Below are positions 28,801 through 40,800 of a stretch of 64,000 nt of DNA, piece by piece. Made by a program: the position numbers and the translations under genes. Positions within the stretch are counted from its first letter, which is position 1, and each line of letters starts with the position of its first letter. The stretch is taken from positions 5,683,339 to 5,747,338 of the forward strand of contig NC_057749.1 of NCBI RefSeq assembly GCF_004010195.1, read 5' to 3'. The notes beneath the pieces were generated by a model. The model was not told the origin of the DNA. It made no database searches and worked only from the letters and a program-made list of their open reading frames with translations. Source of the DNA: Chiloscyllium plagiosum. Its lineage: Eukaryota.

Positions 28801-31800
28801 CCAGTACTTGGCCTCGGTAACAAACCGCCTGAGGAAGTGTCCAAAAGCCCATCAGAAAACGTACGCAGGGCGTCACTCCAAGAATGGGATGACCCATAGA
28901 TGGAGCTTCCATCAATCCAGGTAGTGACATGGTTTACCTGAAAAAAACCAGGGATGAGACGGACGTCAGTTAATGATAATAATAGCTAGTTACATTTATA
29001 TAGTGCCTTTATCATTCATACTTAAAGCTACTTCACAGGAGCATTACAAATTAAAGTATCACATTGAGCTACATGATGAGCTAGGTGAAAGTGGGTACTG
29101 CAGATGCTGGAGATTCGAGTCAAGATTAGAGCGGTGCTGGAAAAGCACAGCAGGTCAGGCAGCATCCGAGGAACAGGAAAACTTCCTGCTTTTCCAGCTC
29201 CACTCTAATCTTGACTACATGATGAGATGTTGGGACAAAAGACCAAAGGTTTGGTCAAAAAGTGTACACCTTTTAAGTGCAACACAAGATGCAGAGGTGG
29301 AGGGAGTACATTCCTGAGCTTGGAGCACAGGCAACTGAAGGTACACCATCAATAGTTGGGTGCTTTATAATTGTGGACACTCAAGAGGAGGGCAGAAATG
29401 TTGGAAGGTTGTCGGGCTGGAGGGTTTTATAGATATAGAGAGTATTAAGGCCCGAGAGGGATTTGAAATCAACAAAGAAAATTTTAAAATCAAGCTGGCT
29501 TTGCACTCTAACCTCCAGATGAACCCAATATCTCTGACCCAGAGGAAAAAGTGCTACCAATTGAGACATAGCTGAATTATGTATAATCTGGTCAAAAGGA
29601 ATTAGAGCTAATTCCAGTAGGGTTGAATTTGTAGATTATGTCAACTTTTGGTCACTAATCCAAACGCAAGTGAGACATTAATGCACTGAAAGGTAATGAT
29701 AGTAATGAGCATGAAATCATAGAGTCATACTGCACAGAAACAGACCCTTCAGCCCAACTCGTTCATGCCAACCAGGTTTCCCAAATTAAACAAGTCCCAT
29801 TTTCCTGTGTTTGGCCCATATCCCTCTAAACCCTTCCTATTCAAACACCTACCTAAATGTCTCTTAAATGTTGTAATTGTACCCACTTCTACCACTTCCT
29901 CTGGCAACTTGTTCCATGTACAAACTACCTTCTGCATGAAAAAGTTGCTACTCAGCTTCCTTTTAAGTATTTCCGCTCTCACCTTAAACCTATGCCCTCT
30001 AGTTTTGGACTTGCCTCCCCGAGGGAAAAGGCCTTAGCTATTCACCTTATCTGTGCCCCTCATGATTTTATAAATCACTATAAAGGTTAGTGTAAGACTT
30101 CAGAGTTATAACTGAAAACTAATGAAACCTGGTCCCTTTAGCATTGAAAGGGGATAGCTACACCAAGATCTTACAGACTGGCAAACAGGACAGCACATCG
30201 CATACAAAGGCTGAGTTAAAACATGACTTCCAAGTAAACTTCAACAGAAGGAGATGTGGGTTGAAATCCTGTCACCTGTTTCCTAACAGCCTGTCGGTGG
30301 ACCTACAGCATGTAGAATGCAGAGACTCAACAAGGTGGCTTCACCACAACCTTCTCAAGGGCAATTCAGATAGGCAATAAATGCTGGTCGAGTGAGCAAC
30401 ACCCACAAAATATGAAAAAATAAATTTAATAAAAAGTTCAAACAGCAAAAATGTCAAGACAGAATGAGGATGATTGTAGGATGTGTGAGGGCAGCAAAAA
30501 TTATATTAATTATTTAGGGTGCAATGGGATGACGTATGTGATTATTTTTCTTAAATTGATATATATGGAATGATGAGCCTTCCTCATCCCCGATTAATGT
30601 GCTTTGAGCAAACTTTGCACTTTAATTATTTTGTATTTTCCCTCCGTTACATTTATATCTCATTCTTCAGGTGAGGTGTCTCACAGGGTCCTGCCAACTT
30701 CTGCTCCATGAACAGTCAGTATTTGTTGGGGACCACCAAAAGGATAAAGCTTTGCCTTTTTAATTAACATGTGTAACTAAGAATTATTCCCCTCAATGAT
30801 TGCCCTTACCCACTTCCCACTAAGGGAATGGATGAGTGATAGAGTCATAGAGTCATAGAGCATGGAAGTAGATCCTTTGGTCCAGCCAGCCTACACTGAC
30901 CATGTCCCCACTTGTTTGTGTTTGGCCCATATCCCTCCAGACTTTTCCTATTCATGAACTTATCCAAATGCCTTATAAACTTTGTAACTATCCATCCATC
31001 CACCACTTTCTCTGGCAGTTCATTCCACAAAGCAGTCTCTGTGTAAAAAATTTGCCCCTCATTTCCTTTTTTAAATCTTTATCCCCTCAGCTTAAAAATA
31101 TGTCGCCTGTCCTATGGAAAAGATCCTTGCCATTCACCTTATCTATGCCCCTCATGATTTGTATCGACCTCAACAAGGTCACCCCTCAACTACCTTCGCT
31201 TCAATGAAAGAAGTCACAGCTTTTCCAGTCTATTTTTACATCTCAAACTCTCCATTCACAGCAACATCCTGGTAAATCTTTTCTGACCCTGCCAATTTAA
31301 TAATATCTTTCCTATAACAGGACGAGGAGGACTGCATGCAGTACTCAAGAAGCGGCCTCACCTACAACCTATCCAACTTTAACATGAGATTGGGACTCAA
31401 CAAGTGGATAAATGCATCTCAAACAGTTAAATCTGTTTCCTATATATTTAAAAAACAAGAAGTGTGTCTTACTTGGTGGTCCAATGAATATGTGGCTCTC
31501 TGTCTATAACATACCTGCAATCGTGGGTTGTTGGGACTTTGGCCTGAACTTGTTGTCCACCGACCACGTAGGAATGGGAGCTGCACATCTCCTGTACAGT
31601 TGGGATCAAAAACTATGTCTCCACAAGGAATCTGAATGTTCAGGAATTCAGCGGGACAACCAGACCCAGTTGCTTCCAAAATTTCATCAATGACATGAAA
31701 CCCTGAAACAAAGTCGAAGAAAAATCATTGCAAAGGCTTCAGTCTAAAGAAAAACTGTATTTCTTCCATTAAGTACATACAAAAAACTCGGCGGGGGTGG

Positions 31801-34800
31801 GGGTAAGAATTTGTTTGGTTGCAATAGGGCAGTGTTGCAAGTGTGAGTATGTAGATTTAATCTGTTCAGTATCAACATAAATATTATTTCTGGTGTTTAA
31901 GCATAGGAGCATTGGAACTGCTTGACAAAAAAAAAGCCAAAATCCATAATTCACCTCCTGATAGTCTCACAAAGTAGTGATAATAGAATTATTGATGAAC
32001 AATGGCACTAAACCTCCATCAACAGGTCTATAACATGATCAGATATGAGCTGAGGAAAATCCTTAACTGTAGGAAACATAGGTCCAAACTCACATTTCTC
32101 CCATGCCTGCTAGAATGACCACATATTGCATCTCAAATTATTCACATAATATATTCAAAATGTTCATTTTCTGAAAGAATTTGAAGTGAATTTTCATTTG
32201 AGTGAATCGATATTAGTTTCTTCCAGCATCTCCCTCGGCCTACCCTTCCATAGATCGGCCATTCTCTTGCTTATTTCTATTGCTGATCTTCAGCAATGCA
32301 AGGTGCAGATTTGTTATTGCACTCAGATGTATTGGATTGTGTGCTGGGGGCATAATGGGGGAAATAAGGGTAACAAGGAAGATGACACACCCGAAAGAGC
32401 TTGCCTTGAGTTTCCCATACATTCACTACCTAGGCAATCCAAAATGTCCAGCTTCAGTAAATGGAAAACTGATCCAAACTTTTGAAAATCATTTAATAAA
32501 GGCAAAATGTTGTGGATGTTGAAAATCTGAAACTAACACAGAGAATGCTGGAGAAACTCAACAGGTCTGACATCATCTATGGAGAGAGAAACAGAATTAA
32601 TGTCAAAAATAGTTGATGACTTTTCAACCTTATAGAAAAACAGAAGATAAAATATGCTTATATAAAAAAATGTGCAATATATTTGATCTATATATGTTAA
32701 TAAAGAGTCATACAGCACAGAACAGACCCTTTGGTGCAACTTGTCCAAGTCTCCCAAACCAAACTAGTCCCATTTGCCTGTATTTGGCCCCATATCCCTC
32801 TAAACCTTTCCTGTTCACGTACCTGCATCAATCACTTTGTCTGGCAGTTCATTCCACATATGTGCCACTCTCTGTGTGAAAATTTTGCCACTCAGGTCCT
32901 TTTAAAATCATTTTCCTCTCACCTTAAAAATACACCCCTTAGTCTTGAACTCCCCACATTCTAGGGAAAGGATCTTGGCTATTCACCTTATCTATGCCCC
33001 TCATGATTTTGATCACCCCTCATCCTCCTATATATACATTTGTCATATAGTAATTAATATGTGACATATATTTAAAATCCAGGCTTACATAGGTTTGCAC
33101 ACCATTGTCATGGAAGAGTTTACCACAATACGCTACAGAGCACTAGAATTCAAATCCCTATCTCTAATCAGATTAAAGACTTAACCCAGCATGATAGATC
33201 ACTTGGCCACACCATCATCAGCTTACTGTTCTTTCGTGATCGAAATGGGGTTAGGTATGTTAGGTAACTCTCACACAGGAGCACTCTGATGTCAATGAAC
33301 AAACAGCACTCAGGCAGAAACTGTCAGGAATAGATTTTCTGCCCTGAAGAACCACGAGCAGAGATGTCAGCCTTTGACAACGTTGTCACACAAAGGCTAA
33401 ACCATGATCCTGTTAACAGATCGGTGATCGAGAGGGTGATGAGTGTAAACTCGGCTGTGGCATATCTCTGCATCAATTCAACAAATCCAGTAATTTATTT
33501 AGAAAAGGAATTAGAATTAAAGTAACATTAAAAGCCCAGATGATTCATCAATTTTAAAAGGGACGTAAGGGGTAATTTTTCCATGCAGACGGTTGTGCGT
33601 GTATGGAAAGAGCTGCCAGAGGAAGTGGTGTGGACTGGTACAGCATTTAACAGGCATCTGGATGGATATATGAGTAGGAAGGATTTAGAGTGATATGGGC
33701 CAAATGCTAGCAAATGGGACTAGATTGGGTTGGGATATCTGGTCGGCATGGACGGGTTAGATTGAAGAGTCTGTTTCCATGCTGTACATCTCTATAGCTC
33801 TATGGCTTTAAATGCTGTTCAGACAGTCAGCAGTCTGTGTGGCTCCTTATTACTGCGTAGGCAGTGCTTAGGGTGAAATTCATCCGGGATATAGTGCATC
33901 ACTGATTCTGATTACTCCAATATTAATATATAAAGATACAAATTAAGAGCAGGAGAAGGCCATTCCGCCCCATGACCCTGCTCTGCCAGTCAATAAAATC
34001 AAATATGTGATTGTGATCTCAACTCCATATTTCGGTCTATGTCAGACAACCACGGATTCCTTTGCTCGTCAAGAATCTGTCAACCACTGCCTATGTTGTG
34101 GTCGTGTGAGAATCAGTTCTTCTGATTTCTTAGCTGCTATCTTTTTCCTGTTTACCTTCTTATTCATTGGAAAATTGACTGTATGTATAATTTACAGCTG
34201 AGTTGCTGATTCATGTGCCCAATCTTATCAGGAATCCATAGCATGCGTGGAGACCAAATTCAGCCTTTATTCCAGTCTGTGCATACCCTCTCATCTCTGT
34301 AAACCTCACCCCCTTGAACGTGTCTGCATTTTACAATACTTCAAATGCTTCGGCTGTGAAGTGCTTTTGCAATTACTTAGCACCTTTCAATTAGTAATAT
34401 GTCTCAGTATGCTTTATACAGCAATTATTCAAAAAGCCCTAGTCCTCAATGACCCCCTCTTTCACTGTTTTATGGGAAGAGACCGCCAAAGATTCACACC
34501 CTTTGTGAGAAAAAAAATCCTTCTCATCTCCATCCTAAATGTGACGTCCCTTCATTTTAAACTGTGTCCCCTAGTTCTAGTCTCTCCCACTCAGTGGACG
34601 AAAGCCTATTGTTGTGTGCTTTGGACTGCCTAAGCTCTAAGCTCTGGAATGCCCTCCCTAGAATACAGGAGCAAGGAAGTCTTGTTACACCCTTATAAAA
34701 CAGTGTTTTGGACACTGATGGAATACTCTGTGCAGTTCTGGTCACAACACTATCGGAAGGACACAATTGCAGTGGAGAAGGTGCAGAGGAGATTCATCAT

Positions 34801-37800
34801 GATGTTACCTGGGGTGAATAGTCTCAGTTATAGAGTCATAGAGCCATAGAGATGTACAGCATGGAAACAGACCCTTCTGTCCAACCCATCCACACCGACC
34901 AGATATCCCAACCCAATCTAGTCCCACCTGCCAGCACCCAGCCCATATCCTTCCAAACCCTTCCTATTCATATGCCTCTTAAATGTTGCAATTGTACCAG
35001 CCTCCACCACTTCCTCTGGCAGCTCATTCCATACCCGTACCACCCTCTGTGTGTAAAAGTTGCCCCTTAGGTCTCTTTTATATCTTTCCCCTCTCACCCT
35101 AAACCTATGCCCTCTAGTTCTGGAATCCCCCACCCCAGGGAAAAGACTTGGCAACATCCTTGTAAATCTTTTCTGAACCCTTTCATGTTTCACAACATCT
35201 TTCTGATAGGAAGGAGACCAGAATTGCATGCAATATTCCAACAATGGCCTAACCAATGTCCTGTACAGTCACAGCACGACCTCCCAACTCCTGTACTCAA
35301 TACTCTGACCAATAAAAGAAAGCATACCAAACGTCTTCTTCATTATCCTATCTACCTGCGACTCCACTTTCAAGGAGCTATGAACCTGCACTCCAAGGTC
35401 TCTTTGTTCAGCAACACTCCCTAGGGCATTACTATTAAGTGTTTAAGTCCTGCTAAGATTTGGTTTCCCAAAATGCAGCACCTCACATTTATCTGAATTA
35501 ATCTCCATCTGCCACTTCTCAGCCCATTGGCCCATCTGGTCAAGATCCCGTTGTAATCTGAGTAACCCTCTTCGCTGTCCACTACACCTCCAATTTTGGT
35601 GTCATCTGCAAACTTACTAACTGTACCTCTTATGCTCGCATCCAAATCATTTATGTAAATTACAAAAAATAGAGGACCCAGCACTGATCCTTGTGGCACT
35701 CCACTGGTCACAGGCCTCCAGTCTGAAAAACAACCCTCCACCACCACCCTCAGTCTTCTACCTTTGGATAGGCTGGGTTTGTTTTCCCTGGAGCAGAGGA
35801 GACTGAGGCAGGGAATCTGATTGAGGTATGCAGAGCAGATAGAGAGAATATTTTCTGCATTACATACTTGCCTAAGATCAAAGGGTATAAATTTAGGATG
35901 AGGAGTAAGTGATTCAGAGGAGATCTGAAAAATAAATTTCACCCAGAAGGTGGCAGTAATATGAAATGTGCTGCCTGAGAGGGTGGTGGAGACTGGTTCT
36001 CGTCCCACATTTAAGATGCATCTCGATGAGCATTTCAAAGGCCAGGGCACAGTATGGATCAAATACCGAGAAACTGAACTCGTGTAATTTGATGTTTGTC
36101 GGTCGGCAGAGACATGGTGGGTTAAAGGGCCTGTATCCATGCTGTATGACTCAATGAACCGTTCCACCTCTCTATCTCTCAGTCCTCCAATAATATGCTC
36201 CATCAAGCCACCTTCTTTGATTAACACTTTTGGCCATCTGTCTTCAGCAATTAGAATCACCAGAATTGTCACGATCAGCAGGTTGTCAGGTTTTTTTTTG
36301 GATAATTACAGCTATAAAGCATACTGGGACGTTTTACTACTGGAAAGGTGCTAAATAAATACAAAAGCACTTCACACCCAATAAGGTACATTTGAATTGT
36401 TGTGAGATGGGAAAGACATTCGATGGGATTAGGTGTACAGAGTTGAGAGGGGTGTTGTGGAGGGAATGCAGAGATACGGATGGAGTCTGAAAGGTCTCTT
36501 TGCATGCTATGAATTCTTTACAAGATTAGGCTCTTGAGACAGCAACTCCTGTTAAACTATGTCCAAATTTATTTCCAGGTGAAGTCACAAAATGTTTTGA
36601 AGTGATCTTACTGAAGAACACCTTCAAGCATTTCACATGACACAAAGTCCTTTCAAAGGTAAAGACACTTGCTAATGGGCAAATACAGCTGTATATATAA
36701 TTATATATACAGTAAATTTTCCAGTAAAGAAGAAGGTAAACCTGTAAAAGATGCCAGCCAGGAAACCAGGAGAACTGGTTCTCATATCAGCCACAATAAA
36801 AGAACATGCATAGAACACAGATGTTAAAGGTCTGAAATAGGACTGGGTCAAGTCCCACCTCGCCAAATATCTCAACAGGTTGATTAGAAAAAACAACAAT
36901 TTAGCATTAGAAAATGCTGAAAGCACTCTGAATTCTCCAAAGAAAGCGAGATCCTTTCAGTTCAAAGAACTCTCATGTGTAAAAGCTTTATTCCATTTTG
37001 TCATTATTCAGATGCTCAACATGTTAGCACTGAGCCCAAATGCATACTGGGACTAATGACTTTACTCAAGAAAATACTCAACCATTGCACATTCAGTGAA
37101 AATTGAGGTAGTCCTCAAATAACATGGCAGCTACAATCCTGAAACTCAGCACATTAAACAAAACCATGTTACCGACCTGATTTGCCAAGGTCTGCCTGAC
37201 AAACATTCATACTTATAAACAGGATCTCATAAGGGGAGGTGATGGCTTAGTAATATTATCACTAGCCCATTAATCCAGACACCCAGGAGACTCTGGAGAC
37301 TCAGGTTCAAATCCTGCCACAGCAGATGATGGAATTTGAATTCAGTGAAAAAAATACCTGGAATTAAGAATCTAATGATGAGTATGAATCAGTTGTTGGA
37401 AAAACTCATCTGGTTCACACATCTACTTTAGGGAGGGAAACTGCTGTCCTTATCTGGACTGGTCCACATATGACTCCAGACCCACAGCAATGTGGTTGAC
37501 TCTTAACAATTAAGGATGGCCAACAAATGCTAGTCCAATCAATGACACCCTCATCCATTGAATAAATTAAAAAAAAAGGCTGTAATTTTAAAGATCTGAC
37601 ATACAATTGTTTCCTATATTTGAAAACCTCTCCTTTATGTTATCTCACATTGTGTTCTGACCTGCATTAAAAATCCAAGATGCATTCTTTTCGCAATGCG
37701 GAGGCTGACTGATTAGAAACATACGTTCCCAAAGAAACCTATATAAAAGTTTGGGATACATTCCCAGAAGTCATCCAGACTAATCTGGCAACTTTTTAAT

Positions 37801-40800
37801 GGAATACCTGTTCTTGCACTGTTTGGCTTCTCCTATACACACAGATTCATGAACTAACAGCACAAAGGCCAGTATCCCATCACCAAGTCACCCTTTATTT
37901 TCCTTTGCAAAGTGCATTGGCTGTGGCCAACCATATTGGAGTCTGCCCCTGAACTGAGGAGACTCTGAATCCCCTCTTTATATATTTTTTTCTGTATCTT
38001 TTTCTTTTTTGTTTCCCCCAGAGCTGAGGAGATTTCAGTCTCCTGGTTTTATATACTCTTTCTCTTCCTGGTGGTGGTATATGAATAAAGTTTTCTGCAC
38101 TTGATATTTTTTCACTGTGTCCCACACCTATTTGAATACGAGATGGGTGCTGGGATGAAGTAAGCACTACTGCTGTTTGGTAGCAACATGGCGGGTTTTA
38201 AAATAAAAAAAAATCCCCTGTTATATCTGTCAGCCAGGCTTTCCTGATTGGCCCAGATTAACAACTGATGAAGGGCTTTTGCCCGAAATGTTGATTCTCC
38301 TGCTTCTCGGATGATGCCTGCCCTGCTGTGCTTTTCCAGCACCACACTCACGACTCTAATCTCCAGCATCTGCAGTCCTCACTTTTGCCAGGCCAACAAC
38401 CCCAATCAAGAATCTCATACTCAACAAAATCCACATGATTCTAATCACTACAGTTCACTGAGACACAAATTGAATTATATGCAAGTCAGAACACAATGCA
38501 TGACAATATAAAGCAGTTGTTCATAAGTATAGGAAATGTTCATATGATTGATATTAATTTTTGACCTCTAGATGGGACTGCATTTGTTGTATGAGCATTC
38601 GTAAATTGAGGACACCCGCTATATTGAATAATGCCAACTCCATTCTCATTACTAGGGGATCTTTGTCATTTATGGGTAACTCTTGATGACATCTTTTATT
38701 GAACATTTGAAAAAAGGCTCATTGACATGTAGGATTTGACATTGATTATTAAACACACGAAGAGAAAAAAGACAGTGAAGGTGGAAACAGCTGAGTACAG
38801 AGACTTAGAAAAGAAACACTGCCCTCTGTGAGATAGGATGCCAATTATCCATTAAAAGTCACTCTAGCATTGTTAACATATCAGTGATCAATAAAATTCA
38901 CACTATTGCAAATTAGGCATGTGTTATTAGAATAATAGAGAGCAAAATAAAATCCATATTACTGTGAAACTGCATTATTTAAAACTGCATTAATTGCAGA
39001 CTTTCTGGACGTATACCATTAGAATAATGGAAAGTAAAATAACATCTGTGTTATGACAAAACCATGCCATTTAAAAGAGCACTAATTAAAGACTACCTGC
39101 ATCTTTAACTGACAACTTTCACATCCTGAGGAATTGCCATACCTTTTCACAGATTGTGAAGTAATTTTCAAATATAGACGTTCAGGAATACAGCAGCCAC
39201 TTCCACATGACTAGTTCCATTAACAGGAATGAAATAAATTACTAGATTTATTTTAATAATATTAGTTGAGGGATAAATATTGGATGCAGTGGCTGCAGTG
39301 GAGTTTGGAGCTGGGGCTGAAAACAATGGCTTTAATCATTTCAATCTTTAATAAAGAAATTAAACAGCACTTACTGATATGATTTTCCTTGCGATATTAG
39401 TCTTGTTAGGTACAAATTTGTAATTTTTGTACATTGTTCTTTTATTCCTGCTTTCATTATACTCCATGAGAAGAAATGTGAGTGTTCATAGCATCAACAA
39501 AACATTGCAATTTAACCTAGAAATAATCTTGGCTTCAACCTAGAGGTAGGGTCAAACTTGAAGGTAATATACCAACAATGTATTGCATTTATATTGCACC
39601 TTTGAACACAGCCTGGGTTGCTTCACAGAAGTATAATCCAACAAAACTTGACATCAGGCCAAAGGAGGGGAGATTAAAACACATGACCCCCCCCCCCAAA
39701 AAAGCCAAGGTATAGTGAGAGTGTGGCACCAATATAGTGACAGATAATCCTCCCCCCACTCCCCCAGGTTTCTTGGAGTGTGCAAACTTACATGTCACTC
39801 CTGCCCCACAGCAATACGCCCCTGAAACAGACGAGCAAGCAGTTCACTTTAAGGGCAATGAAGAATGGGCAATAAGTTTTGGTCTTGCCAATGATGTCCA
39901 TGTTTCAGGAATGAATAAGGAAAAAGATCAGGTAGAGATCTGTGGTCCAGAAGTATGGCTGCATTAAAGGTTCTTTGCTGTCCATCTCTAGTTTCTGAGA
40001 TTGGTTTCAGTGTAAAGTAGATTTACTCTCTGCCCGTGACCATATGTTAGTAACCTCTAAGTGTACAAGAATGATACCTGAACTTCAGGGGTTAAGTTAT
40101 GAGGAGAGATTATACAAATGAGGTCTGTTTTCTCTAGAATTTAGAAGGTTAAGGGGTGATTGGAGCAAAGATATCAATAAAGCAAGACAAGGTAGATAAA
40201 GATAGACTATTTCCATTGGTCAGAAATTCTACAGCTTGGAGGCATAGTCTGAGTGTTAGGGCCACATGGTTTAGGAGAGATGGTAGAAAGCACTTTGACA
40301 TATAAATGGTGATAGATGTTTGGTACTCTTCCAGAAATGACAGTTGCTCATTTTAAATCTGAGAGACACATTTTTGTTAGGTAAAAGTATTAAAAGACAT
40401 GTGCCAAAGGCAGGTAAATGAAGTTAGGCCAAAGATCAGCCATGATCTCTTGGAATGGAAGTATAAGCTAGAGGGGAAGAATGCCCTACTCCTGTTCCTA
40501 TGTTCCTAACATGTTTTTACTTGACTAATCATGACTTTGAGTTTATTTTGCAATGCTCTAACAGTCTTAGAGATGTACGGCACAGAAACAGACCCTTAAA
40601 TCCAACTCGTCCATGCTGACCAGATATTCTATATTAATCTAGACCCATTTGCCAACATTTGGCCCATATTCCTCTAAACTCTTCCTATTCATATACCCAT
40701 CCAAATACCTTTTAAATGTTATTATTGTAACAGCCTCCACCACTTCCTCTAGCAGCTCATTACATAGACACACCACCATCTGCATGAAACAGTTGTCCCA

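Noticed and set aside
35421..36272. 283-aa ORF with RT motifs as a functional gene
   Set aside because: Chance fusion of an antisense CR1 remnant to a truncated RT fragment that shifts frame after FADDTK
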